This document shows, piece by piece, positions 13,850 through 27,849 of a stretch of 64,000 bases of DNA. The DNA is from Eledone cirrhosa (Eukaryota), in the NCBI GenBank assembly GCA_964016885.1, contig OZ024742.1:268274001-268338000 (forward strand), written 5' to 3'. A model generated the notes under the pieces. That model did no database searches and was not told the DNA's origin. It was given only the letters and a program-made list of their open reading frames with translations. Each line of letters opens with the position of its first letter. Within the stretch, counting starts at the first letter, position 1. A program made the position numbers and the translations under genes.

Positions 13850-14029
13850 TCATTTAATGTATACTTCTTGATAACGGCAGTGCGTAATTTGAAAATCATA
13901 TGGCTGTTATGTCTAACAGGGTTAGCGACCACGTCTAGTCTTTGTGTTACGTTCCTATGGAGTCGAACAATTTCAGAATTGAGTACGAACGCATGGCTAG
14001 GCTTCCGTTGATCTGTGACTTCGGTTAAC
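13850..14029 (-). CDS. Candidate host exon (180 nt, LTEVTDQRKPSHAFVLNSEIVRLHRN...YTLNE)
   Basis: ttttgtattaatattAG acceptor, GTAATA donor, open symmetric phase-2 frame, GC higher than flanks. Confidence 0.4.
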
Positions 14030-14734
14030 CTAATATTAATACAAAACTTCTGATAAACGCACCCAGACATCACTGTCTCAGACAACTATGGCAAGAACTA
14101 TAGTTATTAGATGGGAAGAGCAAGTTTTATTGATCACGAGAACGTTGAAGTGCCTACTAAAATATATGAAATAGCATCTTTGTCTATTTGTAATATCTGC
14201 TCTCAAATTGGGATTTAAATAACTATGAAACCATTAGGTTGATGGTTAATATTCACTAAAAATATAAAAGGTGTTACATAAATAAAAACATACATTAGAA
14301 AAAATAATCTAAAACAAAATAAATAAGAATGCATCTAGAAGCAAGAGAAATGCGGACAGTAAAATAAAGGGAACATTAGACAAAAAGGCAATTCGATACA
14401 GAGATAGATATAAGAGAAAAGAAAGAGAAAGAGATTAAAATGGAACCATTATAATTATTAATTTAAATCTCATTTTCCAACACTCTATTTAATTGCGTGT
14501 CATTAAAGATTCAAATATTGGAGAATGATAAATGCAATCGAGACACCGCTAAAAAGCACTTTCACTTACAATTATAGCACATACAACCATTTACTAGCGT
14601 GAATATTTGACAATTAAGCAGCTACATACTTGACGTGAACCACTATTATATATAACTATGTATGTATGTTCGTATGTATGTTCGTATGTATGTTCCTATG
14701 TATGTATCTGTATATATATATATATATTTGTATG

Positions 14735-14794
<60 letters not shown>

Positions 14795-16141
14795 TGCGTC
14801 TCGATTTCGAGAATTGCTACCCCTTGACATACAGGTTATAACGAACATGATTTTTAGTCCTGTCAATGACATAGATGCCATTCAGCATGTGCTGCAGCGA
14901 AAAAAATACAACGCCATCCTCAAGCAACTCACAAAAAAGTAACTTAAATCAAGTGATGCCTGTGCTTGAAACCTTTTTAAGTGTAGAAATGCCTTGCAAA
15001 AGACCAATCCCACACACTCAACAACGGTGACAGGTGTCAAAAAAAGAACTGGAAAACATCATTGGCTGCGCTCGATGTTTTCTTTCTCTTAGAATGGAAT
15101 GGTGACCTAAATAATAAAAAGAATGAGGTTTATTGATCTTTGACGAGCGTTTCGCGATTGATCAGCTTAAGGCTCGACCTGTATCGATCGAACCCGACCC
15201 TGGACATCTGTTATGGTAATGACAGAATGATTCCATTACAACTTTAAGAAAATACAGTTCCCATTCATTTATGGTAGTCAATTTTATTTTATTTCGATTA
15301 GTGGTTTTGTGAGAAGAAATGTGAGACTATGTGGGATAGGGGAGGGAAAGACTTAGAAGGAAGAAAGGGATTGAGGAGCTAAAAGATTGATCTTGATCAT
15401 TTGACAGAGGTAAGAATTTGGGTGAAGTTCTGGCCGTTTCGTAGATAGTTTTGATTTTATGTGGTAATGTGAGGATGTTGGGAGGATATTTCAGAGATGA
15501 ATAGATGCAATAGCGGAACAGAGAGAGGACTGTAGTGGTCAGATGGGTATTACAAAGAAAACAATAAAATTGAAAATGAAAAAAGAAGTCTAGTTTCCAT
15601 GGGGTGGTGCGGAATAGAGATAAGAGTCAGAATGTTTTGGGGTGGATAGGATGAGAGAGATGTTAGTTAACTGTAGGCGAGCATATAAATAAATAAGTGG
15701 ATTAGTGCACGAACAAATAAATATTGGAATTGTAGAAGTTATTGCAGAAACCAATGAAATAAAATCTAACAGTTTTTCTAAGTGGTTCCCGTGACGGTAA
15801 TTTACTAACTTTAAAGAGGTAAAAGAACCAAATTAAAAAGTGTTTAAAAAAGAAAAAAAATATACCAAACCTTATTTACTTCTATTAAAGGGAGGTAATT
15901 CATGAAATTAACACCATGCGTTAAGTAAACCAAATTAAAATGGATAGCATGTATCATCTCATAAAAACATATATATAAGGCGACATATTCATATGAACAC
16001 AGAAATACATATACTGCTATATACTCCTGCTGAAGGGTAATGACCCAGAAACATGATGATTGTTCCTCAATGTTATTGTTGACCAAACAGATATTCGATG
16101 TAACCCATGCTTACTTATGTGTATATATATATATGTGTGTG

Positions 16142-16172
<31 letters not shown>

Positions 16173-16173
<1 letters not shown>

Positions 16174-16630
16174 GTTTTAATATAGATGAGATTCTACAGA
16201 ACCAGAACTGTTTCATTCTTTAGAAATCATCAGGAATCTGGGTGTCCAAAATAAATGTTGTGGTATTTATATATTTTCTGGTGGTAGAAGTGGGTGGGGA
16301 GTAGGATTGGTGGAGGTCATTGGTTGAAAGAAAAGGGAATTCATAAAAGCTAATTCTTTAAGGCTATAATTTATAATTAGAGTGACAAAGGCAGAAAGAA
16401 TTCTATAAACAAGTTCAAATTGTGGTGCCACTCCTTATGTTCAAGTTTCTCTTAAGCTATCAATGCCTATATTTCAGTTGTATATAAGATGGTTGGGGGT
16501 CGGTCATTAACAGCTAATTTTTAAAGCTCAACTTAGAGTGACAAAGGCCAAGAGAATTCTATAAACCAGTTCAAATATTGGGTGGCTATCATTATTGTCA
16601 TGTTTCTCTTAGGCTATATTTCAGGTGTCA
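16173..16630 (-). mobile_element. Solo pLTR of PLE family 2 with hammerhead at 16189-16239
   Basis: Homologous to 24267-24600; same left end (gttttaatatagatg) as the copy at 551; flanked by (TA)n. Confidence 0.8.
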
Positions 16631-16667
16631 AAATACACATTCACGTACACCCCCCCCACCCCCACCC

Positions 16668-16720
<53 letters not shown>

Positions 16721-16743
16721 TATATATATACGTATATATATAC

Positions 16744-16774
<31 letters not shown>

Positions 16775-17201
16775 AACACATATACAAACATACAAACACA
16801 TCTACACATATACATATATATACACATATACATACACACATAAATACAAATACACAAATATACATATATATATATATATATATATATTAGAAACTGAGGT
16901 TTTTTTTACAAATTGAAAAATAACCGAGGTGTCCTACACGAGTGTAAATGAAATTATGTAAATGAAATTATGGCTGTCACGTGAACAAGTTTTCATTAAA
17001 TGTTCGCGCCCTTATTTGGAAATCCATTCTGTAGCCTTTTTAGAGAATTTTATGATAAGTGAAAGATAATGGTCAAAAGACATGGTATGGGAGAATCGTT
17101 CTGGTTCAGTGAATATGGTTAGTTCGCTGGCGTGTCAGAATTCAGATTTTCTATTGAATAAAGAAAGTAAAGATATATATGTTTATTTGTGTGCTTGTGT
17201 G

Positions 17202-17286
<85 letters not shown>

Positions 17287-17404
17287 GTGTGTTGTGTGTG
17301 TGTGTTTGATTTTCTTTTTACTTAAAAAAAATGGTGGCTCACGAAGGCTTTTTTTTAATAAACGTGATTTGATTGGTTATAAATGAAATTTGGCTGTCAC
17401 GTGA

Positions 17405-17476
<72 letters not shown>

Positions 17477-17678
17477 TTAAGGATACTATTTATGGTTATG
17501 TATGTAATAAAGCCTTTTATGGTTATATATTTTTATACAAACCCTAAATAGTGAAATATAATCATTAATTACTATCTTATTACCAGTAAGATAAATAGCT
17601 CAATGTAGTAACATCTGTTGTTTTACAGAGCAGTTATATAGAGATTACAATAATCAAAGTTTAGTTTAAATCATTTAT

Positions 17679-17727
17679 TTGCTTACAATTGTTTCCTCCA
17701 AACCGAGGTCTGGATTCTTCGGAGCAA
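17679..17727 (-). ncRNA. Type I hammerhead, U4C variant, in solo pLTR-like segment (~17473-17830)
   Basis: ttgct-CCGAAGA-a-tccagacc tc ggtttgga-g-GAAA-caattg-TA-agcaa. Confidence 0.7.
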
Positions 17728-17894
17728 CTATTAAGTGATCTATAACATACTTGACCTCCTTTTCAACACAAGAGACATATAAAACATATGCACATATTGA
17801 CCCACAGTGGGATGACATCCATCAAAATGATATAGCATATATATATATACATATATATATATATATTTATACATATACATGCATACACATACAT

Positions 17895-17969
<75 letters not shown>

Positions 17970-17972
<3 letters not shown>

Positions 17973-18238
17973 CGGCGATGAATTAGTTTTGCGAGGTTTT
18001 TTATATGAAATCGTGTGTCGAAACAAATATAGTTATACTTGGGGAGGGTCATATTTGTGTAATATTGCCAGAATTAATAACATAACACACTCACCGTTTG
18101 CATTCCAACGTATTTTTGCATTCCAACGTACTTTTGTAAAAGCCACAGGAACGAAAAGCGAAAACCAATCAAACGGTGAGTGTGTTCTGTTATTAATTCT
18201 GGCAATATTACACAAATATGACCCTCCCCAAGTATAAC
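17970..18238. mobile_element. Mini fold-back element (~68-bp inverted arms plus one-sided tail) in (TA)n
   Basis: 18032-18099 is the reverse complement of 18170-18238 with about one mismatch; unique 60-nt tail on the left only. Confidence 0.7.
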
Positions 18239-18440
18239 AATATATATATATATATACACATATATACATATATATACGCACACATACATACATGTATATA
18301 TATATTATATATACACACACATATACATATATATATATATATATAAATATGTACATACATATATATATATATATGTATATATACATACACATACATACAT
18401 ACATATATATAGGCAATATATATAATGTATATATATATAC

Positions 18441-18493
<53 letters not shown>

Positions 18494-18522
18494 CATATAT
18501 ACACACACGCATACACACACAT

Positions 18523-18563
<41 letters not shown>

Positions 18564-18696
18564 CATATACACACACACATACATATAAGAAGTACATACA
18601 TACACATATATATGTAATCACACACATATCAACATACATATACACATACACATCCATATACGCATACATATACATACACATACACATATATATATA

Positions 18697-18744
<48 letters not shown>

Positions 18745-18984
18745 TATATATATATATGTATATATACATATACATATACATACATACATACATATACACA
18801 CACATACACACATACACCTATACATACATATACACACATAAACACATACTTATACATATATATATATATATATACACTCACATACATATTCTAGTCGATC
18901 GACTTTCGTCAAATCGGACCGAGGAAACTATGTTTCCGTTGGTCTTTCCAATTGCTAATACTATCTATCGGTCGCAACTCCAGG

Positions 18985-19110
18985 TAGAAGGAGCAACGTG
19001 AAATAAAGTGTCTTGCTCAAGGACATAACGCATCACCTGGTTCAGGAATCGAACTCACAACCTCACGATTGTGAATCCAATTCTCTAACCACTCAGCCAC
19101 ACGCCTTCAC
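18985..19110 (-). mobile_element. tRNA-derived SINE
   Basis: Minus: A box TGGCTGAGTGG, B box GTTCGATTCC, followed by tgtccttgagcaagacacttta. Confidence 0.75.
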
Positions 19111-19113
19111 TAA

Positions 19114-19165
<52 letters not shown>

Positions 19166-19174
19166 ATATATATA

Positions 19175-20921
19175 CACAGTTCAAGGGTAACCAATCTTAG
19201 AGAGATGGAGATAGGTGAGGACATATGAGAGGAGAGATTGGTGAATTAGTTAGAAACCAAATGGTAAAGGCATGTGGTCAATGTGCAATATGCAGTAGAA
19301 AGCAGCTAGGTGGCTTGGTTCATGCAGAAGTTAGGTGCGCAGAGCTGGAAATATTCATTAGTTAACCAAAATAAGACCAACAATTTTACAAGGAAGACAT
19401 TATTAAAAGATTGTCAACATATTTTAGTTTGATGTAAGGAATGTATAGAATAATAATAATAATAATATTAATAATAATAATGTCCGTTTGCAATTGTTTC
19501 GCTACTCCATATGATATTTCTGGATCAGATGACTATATATCATAATTGATCTGTTTCAGATGAAAATAATTAACATATGTAATAGACAGAGCGGCTCATC
19601 GGAACTTCAAAGGAATATAAATTAAAATAATGAGAGAATGTTACATAATATAATGTTCCATATATTAGTTTTTCACTATGCTGTCTTGGTTGCATCAGTT
19701 GCCAGCCATAATAAAGCAGTGGTCATCTGTCGAGGCTGCATTGTGTGAGATCTGCCACAAGATGGCTGCCAAAGGACATATTTACCTTATTAATTAGAGG
19801 GTGGTTTCAGGGGAAGTAACTCCTCGAGTGATTAGAAAGTGTGGGTATTTATAGTTAATTGCTAATTTTTAATTGTTTTAATTGAGAGACAATATAGGGT
19901 AGGTAACTTATAATTATCTAAGTTGTTCATAGCTATTTAACTTATTAGCTACAAGTAAAAATGGGGCTAGATGACTAAGTTGGGTCAAATATTCTATTGG
20001 CGAAGGAGTTAGCCCTTCGATGTTGACAGTTAATACTTACCTCCGTTCTATCGTTAATCGGTAGAGGTCGTGTAGGGTTATGTAATATGCTTCTGTAATA
20101 CAGAGATCACAAGATTTTCTTCGTCCATTGAACGGTTGGGCCCTAGCCACGATATCCCATTTTAGTGAGTGTTGAACGTTGTGTAATTTAACGTTTTTAA
20201 TGAGCCTAGCTAGCGATGTCGAACATCTGTTGCTAGGGTCTCGGAAGGAAAAAGAGTGCGCGTTATAGCGTACCTTAAAGGGGTTAGAGCTAGAGCCAAT
20301 ATAAGAGCTTGTATTCGAAGCAGTTTTAACCGTGCACCTATAGACTATGTTGGGTGTCAGGCAGTGTCCATTTAATGGGCATGCATTGGAGTAACGGCAG
20401 TTGCAGTTGCTTCTGCGGTTAGTGAGAGTAGGGTAGTTTAACCTATGCGGTAGGACAGTGCTAGAAGGATTAGATGGGGAAGGTGTGCTACTAGAGTAAT
20501 TATTGGTGTAGTGGTGTGGTGTATTTTATAGGCGTGGTGGTACTGCGGTGTGGGAGTTATACTATCTGAGTTTATGATGGTTACTGAATGCGATGTGGCT
20601 AGCTAGGTTACGTGTTGTGGAGAATGAGATTTTAATGTTATTTTTATTAAAGATTTCGTAATATTATGGTTTGAAGGGAAATGTTTAGATAGGATAGAGA
20701 AGAAGCGTTTAGGGATATTAGTGGCTTCAACTGAACCAGATCAATTATGATATATAGTCATCTGATCCAGAAATATGATATGAAATAGCGAAACAATTGT
20801 AAACCGTCATTGTTATTTTTTATTATTATTATCTACATTGCTTACATCAAACAAAAATATCTTGACAATCTTTTAATAATGTCTTCCTTGTGAAATTTGA
20901 GGTCTTGCTTTGCTTAACTAA

Positions 20922-20928
<7 letters not shown>
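19175..20928 (-). mobile_element. PLE family 4: degenerate GIY-YIG fragment, pLTR, and inverted arm
   Basis: ~20040-20720 (-) encodes NCNCRYSNACPLNGHCLTPNIVY, YIGS and SCDLCITE. 20730-20928 is an inverted copy of 19351-19560. The left boundary is uncertain. Confidence 0.75.
19486..19605 (-). ncRNA. Type I hammerhead with 95-nt stem II (degenerate)
   Basis: gtt-CCGATGA-gccgctc...gagtagc-GAAA-caattg-CA-aac. The inverted copy (~20790) has the canonical caattg-TA-aac. Confidence 0.6.
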
Positions 20929-20973
<45 letters not shown>

Positions 20974-21007
20974 TATACATATATATACATATATACACAT
21001 ATACATA

Positions 21008-21487
<480 letters not shown>

Positions 21488-21607
21488 CATACATACATAT
21501 ACACATATACATATATTATACATATATACACACATACACAGATACATACACACACATATATATACATACATATATGCATATACATATATATATGCATATA
21601 TATATGC

Positions 21608-21646
<39 letters not shown>

Positions 21647-21809
21647 TACATATACACACATATACATATATACACACACACACATATATATATATACATA
21701 TATGCATATATATACATACATGCTCATAAGCAGGTACATATGAACGCACGTACACACACGATATGCATACAAGCGAACGGCCCCTCATACAAATACATAC
21801 ATACATCTA

Positions 21810-24600
21810 CTCATAAATATACGCATATACACAGGCACATAAAAACAGCTCTACAAGCAGAAAATGCAGATAGGTAAGAGGTACCTACATAACCATAGTG
21901 CCGTGTTTTAGGTCGAGAAGGTGTAGGGGTAGGGTGGGAAGGAGGTTGATGGGCTATTTTGTCGGGTGGCGTTAACAAAATGGAGGAAGTCATTTTTAGC
22001 CATCGGGCATCAACACTGACTTAAGGTATTTGAAAGTTGAAAAGTGTTTGTGCATGCAGTTCGGGCACTATTCAGAGATTGTTCAGTAGCCGGCTCTTGG
22101 CGAATAATATTTCGTAGCTCTCCGAGATACAAATGTCCCAGCACTTGTGTCCTCCGTTGCATGAGCGCTCTCTGTCTGAAGTATTTTCCATTTAAGCGTG
22201 AAGGGGGTGGAGTTCCTTTTTAAGGTCCCAAACATAGGAGGCGAGTGTTGTCTGATTTGATTTGTCCGGTCTCTGAAGGAGTTGGTATGGGTGTACCACC
22301 GGGTCTTAAAGTTATTGGAAGTCATGACGATGTAAGTCATTTTGTTGTTGCAATCATCAGTGCTTGAGATGACATCGCTTTTGTATACGATATCATTTGT
22401 CAGGCATTTGTTTTCAAGTGGGCAGGCTTCCTTATTTAGGCAATTACACAAGGCCCTACTACGGGGATTGGGTTCGGAGATGGTTGGCTTATTTAATTTT
22501 TTAGAATTGAGATTGGCTATATTCCTAGCTAGGTTAGGTGTAGTGGAGTAGGAGAGTTTTATTGTGTTCTTATTAAAGATGGTGTAGTACCTATGTTGTA
22601 TGGGGAAGTGTGTGTTCAGCAAAGTGAAGAAAATCCTAGCAATAGGTGTAGAGACCTCTGCATTGAAGGGACGTTTGTATCAGCTAATCTGCCTACGCCC
22701 ATTCCTTCTATGCAGCCTTGCGGCGGTTTCTAGGTAAGTCATATTTTCTTTAAATCCGCGTCGGACGAGGGCGTCATTGTAGTAGGAGGCAGAGGCGTGA
22801 AACATATCTTCATTGGCCGAGAGGCCAGAGATTCTAATAGAGACGCTTTTTACTAAGTTATCTGTGATGTTTTGGGGGTGGTCAGAATTAACATTAATAT
22901 ATCTAAGGGACTCATTAGGTTTGTGGTACGGGTAATTGAAGGAAGTATCTAGATCGAGATTGACATCTAAAAAGTTGGCCCTAGTCATATTAGATTCTAT
23001 AGTTATACTAAATCCTAGATTACGGAAGAACGAGCTTAAGTTTCTGCGAAACCCATCGGTGTTTCTGGGGTTAATCTTGTGCAGGGCGAAGAGGCCGTTG
23101 TCTCGGTATACACCTCCGGTTAGGCCAGTAAAGAGGTTCTTAAGGTGATGTAAAATGTACAGGCCCACAAGGTCGCTTATTTCAGCCGAGTCACTCGCTC
23201 CCATGCTGACGCCAAATGGGGTCTGAGACTTCTTGTTGATCCAGTAAGATCCATCGTGGTATAGGAAGTTCTTACGGGCATGGAGGATAAAATCTTGCTC
23301 AGCATCGGTTATAGTGGTAAAATTCCTGGCAAAAGTAATTGCGTCCTCCAGGAGGAGCTCCGAGATAGAAGCATAGTAGTTTTCTATGTCGAGTTGCAGG
23401 AAGCGAGTGTGGCTTTTATCGGGTAATTCTTGGAACCAAGATATTACCTCAGATGTTCTGCTCCAGAGTGGGAGTGGTGAGGCAACCCGCAATGATGGTA
23501 GAACTCTATCAAGGATCTTCTTACTGATAAGGCCGATGTGCGAACGAGTGGGGTTGATAAGTTTGACTGATGGTTTGTTGAGGAAGTTTCCCTTATGGTC
23601 CTTCAGGGTAAAGTGCGCGGTCTTTAACCCTTAAAGGTTCGGTTCGGTCATGTAATTTAAGGGACTTGCCGATTCCTTTTCCGGCTGCATTCGTCTCAGT
23701 CAATGCCATCTCTATTACCTTTTTGTAGGTGGTCGTGATGCCATTTGCTGCCAGCTTATTGTAGGTCTGTGGGTTTACCTCATAAACGTTTTTGGTTTCA
23801 TCGGAGGAGACATTAAGATTAGGGGATTGTTTTATATTCCGCAATTCAGTATTTAAGTAGGCCTGGAATGGTGTGGTGGCTCTACGAAATTTGATATATT
23901 TGATCATCTTGAAGAGGTCGTTTTCAAATTGTTCAAGTAGGCTGTTGGTGGGTGCTGCCTTATTCGTTTTGAAGCCGAACTTCTCATCATTGGTAGGTGC
24001 TATATCAGGGTTGTTGAGGAAGATGGCTCTCCATCTAATTCGCTTGATGAACTCGTCGGTACGTCTGATGAGTGTTTTTAGGTAAAGTTTCCTTGGAGGG
24101 ATGGGTATGTTCTTCATGGAGACATCAAGGTCGAGTTTGGTCAGCATAGTTTCTTGGTGATGGTTATAAGGGGCACAAAGAGTGCTAAAAAGTAAGTTAT
24201 TCCGGATTGAATCGATCGGAGGTAAGCACAGTAAGTACGGTACTCAATACATATCAGAATATAAAAGTTTTAATATAGATGAAATTCTACAGGGCTAGAA
24301 CTGTTTCATTCTTTAGAAATCATCAGGAATCTGGCTGTCCAAAATAAATGTTGTGGTATTTATATATGTTCTGGTGGTAGGGGAGGGTGGGGAGTGGGAT
24401 GGGTGGAAGTCATTGGTTGAAAGAAAAGGGAATTCATTAAAAGCTAATTCTTTAAGGCTATAATTTATATTTAGAGTGACAAAGGCAGAAAGAATTATAT
24501 AAACAAGTTCAAAATGGGGTGCCACTCTTTATTTTCAAGTTTGTCTTAAGCTAACAACGCCTACATTTCAGGTTTCTATAAGATGGTTGGGTGTCGGCCA
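21810..24600 (-). mobile_element. PLE family 2, near full-length, with 5' pLTR and hammerhead (24282-24332)
   Basis: pLTR and tail run directly into an ORF starting MLTKLDLDVSMKNIPIP; RT and GIY-YIG pieces follow. Confidence 0.88.
22000..24147 (-). pseudogene. Frameshifted Naiad-like RT/GIY-YIG
   Basis: ORF pieces 23593-24147, 22680-23492 (QLDIENYY, SMGA, GVYRDN) and 22083-22622 (CNCx5CPL, IVYK, YIV); catalytic residues mutated. Confidence 0.88.
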
Positions 24601-24683
24601 TGATACAAAAATACACACATATATATACACATACGTAAGCATGGGTTATATATATGTGTATATATATATACATATGTATACAT

Positions 24684-24810
<127 letters not shown>

Positions 24811-24834
24811 TATATACACACACACATATATATA

Positions 24835-26265
24835 CAGTGCCCCGCAAAAGTTTACAACACATTTTATATTTATCGCTTTTTTTAAAGAAAATTCTTAAAT
24901 TTTCAGATTTAAAATTCAGTAGAATGTTCTAGATTAGGTTTAAGGTAACTTCTAAGGACAATTAAAAACATTACGTCATTATTTGTCTGACAACCATCCT
25001 GTAAACATTGACAACCGTCCTGTAAACATTGACAATATGGGGAAAAATAAACTGATTGATCAAGACCTCCGTAAACGCATTGTAGACCTTCATACAAATA
25101 GTGTTGGTTATAGAAATATATCTTGTCAGTTAAATGTGCCATTGAGTTCAGTAGGTACTATAATTCGTCACTGGAAATCTCATCATTCCATCTGTCCTCT
25201 AATTAGTTATGGTCGTCCTAGAAAGATAACGTAACGTGCAGCTCGGTTATTGACGAGAAAGGTTGGCAACGAACCCCGGTGTACTCATTAAAATCTTTTG
25301 GATGACCTAGAAGGAAGTGGAGTAAAAGTGAGCACAGATACAATTAGTCGTTCACTACATCGATATGATATCTTCTCGAGGTCTCCAAGGAAAACACCAC
25401 TTCTTACAAGGAAACACGTTCTTCGTCGATTAAACTTTGCAAATGAGCATCTCATCAAACCTGCGTCATTTTGGGAAGATGTACTTTGGTCGGACGAAAC
25501 AAAAATTGAACTTTTTGGTCGAAATGCTGTGGCTAAAGTCTGGAGAAAGAAAGGTACTGAATATTCGCTGAAGAATACTATTCCAACTGTAAAATGTGGA
25601 GGTGGACCAGTCATGGTCTGGGGTTGCTTTAGTGCCACAGGTGTAGGAAATATTGAAATAATAGGAGGAAGAATGGATGGCGCTTATTATAGAGGTATTT
25701 TGCAAACGAATTTACATCAAAGTGCACATTCTCTCAGCTTAAAGCCAGTTTGGTTTTTTCAACAAGACAACGATCCAAAGCATACTGCAAAGCTAACACA
25801 ATCTTGGTTAAGTACGAATGGAACAAATGTTCTAAAATGGCCATGTCAGTCTCCAGATCTTAACCCGATCAAATATTTGTGGAGAGAACTGAAACTAAGA
25901 ATTCAAAAAAGGAAACACCAAAATATCCCTGAACTAAAGAAAATTTGTTGTCAAGAATGGAAAAATATTAGCCAAGAAGTTTGTAGGAGGCTACTCCAAA
26001 TGCCTACATGTTGTAATTAGCAACAAAGGTTACGCTACAAAATATTAAGAGATGATTTAATAAATGTGTTGTAAACTTTTGCGTTATAAAAATATTGTTT
26101 TTTCTTCATGAGTTATTTCCTTGTTATTTTTTAAAAAATATACTTGTATCATTAAATGCCTCATTATATGTTCTATCAGTAGTTAAATTTTCATTATCCT
26201 AACTTTATTAAAAATACCTAACACCGCATTTTTCCTAATATGTTGTAAACTTTTGCGGGGCACTG
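24835..26265 (+). mobile_element. Tc1-family DNA transposon, complete ends
   Basis: TIR cagtgccccgcaaaagtttacaaca / tgttgtaaacttttgcggggcactg; TA on both sides; inserted in (TA)n. Confidence 0.95.
25037..26048 (+). pseudogene. Tc1 DD34E transposase, inactivated
   Basis: GRPRK, WSDETK, VWGCF, QDNDPKH, SPDLNPIK (catalytic E>K); two in-frame stops and a C-terminal frameshift. Confidence 0.92.
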
Positions 26266-26307
26266 TATATACATATATATATATACATATATATATAATA
26301 TATATAC

Positions 26308-26340
<33 letters not shown>

Positions 26341-26739
26341 CATATGTGTGCGCGCGTGTGTGTGTGTGCGTGCATGGGCGTGTGTGTGCGTATGCATACT
26401 TACATTTACGTTAACTGCTATGCTAGAGCGAGAAATGAATTTCGAAATTTGTTTTTATTTAAATATATGCATCATCTATATACATATACTAACACACATA
26501 TATATACGCTCATATATATAGATATACTAGCACATACATTTCTTTATACCTAGTTATACAGATACATAGCTCATATAAACTCATTTAAATACATTAGCAG
26601 TTATAAATACCCACCAATTTACCAATAAATACTAAAAAAGATACAGCAAATAAAAGAATAAGATAATAATAGAATGTGATGGAGGGGACCAGATGAAATA
26701 CTAGGTGGGATCGTACAACTTATTGAGGAATGACTGTGA

Positions 26740-27100
26740 GACGTAATGCAAACAATTCATTACTGCAACGTTTCTGGTATGCAAAGGGTATGAGGTCGAT
26801 ATTGTGATAAAATACGCCTCCGAGAGACAATCGAAAAGATTACTCATTGCCCTTATAGAGATTAGACTTATCTAGAATGTCCCATTGCAGTTTATATCTA
26901 GTTTTAGGCTCAACTAGTTTAGTTATATAACGTGCTAAGGAAGTAATGTATTTAAGCTTATTATTTTTTAACGAGTGTAAATAAGAAGTATAGCGGGTTT
27001 TAAATAGATTAGCTGTGGCTCAGATAGAGTGTTGTATTCGTATAGTACATTTATGCACTACGTTATTTGTTAAACATAATCCATTAAGGGGACAATTAGT
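26740..27100 (-). pseudogene. Highly degenerate PLE GIY-YIG fragment
   Basis: Minus-strand remnants resembling TSLARYI, PYKG and LSEAYFI. Confidence 0.4.
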
Positions 27101-27849
27101 GGCAGCTCTACAGTTAGAGTTTCCGTTAAAGGAAAGAATAGATCGTTCCAGAGCTTTAATGTATTTCCCCTGTTGTCCCTAAGTCGGTGCAGTGTAGTGG
27201 CATTTGAAGAATTACCTACGTCAATGGAGTAGGTAGTTGGTGGATAATGTAACAAATTAATGATGTATATAGAGGAAGTTTTCTGGTAGTTGCTGAATTC
27301 AATGCAATCGACTAAGATAGGGATGTAGATAAATTTGTGAAATTAATCTAGAATAATGCGAGTTTTCGTCTGCACCTTTCTACAGGAACTACCACCATTC
27401 TTATTCTGGGGAATTTCTACCGGGCAAATATCGGTTATCGTGTTAAGGTTACTCACTTCTGTGTGATATTTAGGTGATTTGACTCGATATTTACGGTTGT
27501 TATTTATGTGTATGCGAACGTTCCTGTTTGTGAGAAGCAAGCCTGCATATTTATTTCTATTGTTTTCGGCTTATATATTAAGATGTTTTACTTTATTTTT
27601 ATATATAGATTCAGAGGTTTTTAATTAGTTTATTATAGGTGCAGACTAAATGGTTTTCTCCTTTTTACCTACACTTTTACTATCTATTTTAAAATTAATA
27701 TTAAGTTTACTATTCTGTGTAAGGATATTAGTAACAATTCAAACAATTGGATATACTATTTTGAAATATGTGTAAGGAAATAATGTATATATATTTTTTT
27801 TTTCAAAGAGAGAGAGAGTGTGAGCAAGAGAGACAATACTTTCGAGGGA

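Noticed and set aside
14790-15090. ATG-initiated frame [10 protein letters not shown]...
   Set aside because: Interrupted by stops, with no recognisable motif or splice support.
16960-17408. ~28-bp direct repeat (aaatgaaatt..ggctgtcacgtgaaca) around a (GT)n-containing segment
   Set aside because: Could be a local duplication or long TSD; no element features recognised.
18985-19110. tRNA gene
   Set aside because: A/B boxes are present, but there is no full cloverleaf and the sequence continues into a SINE body.
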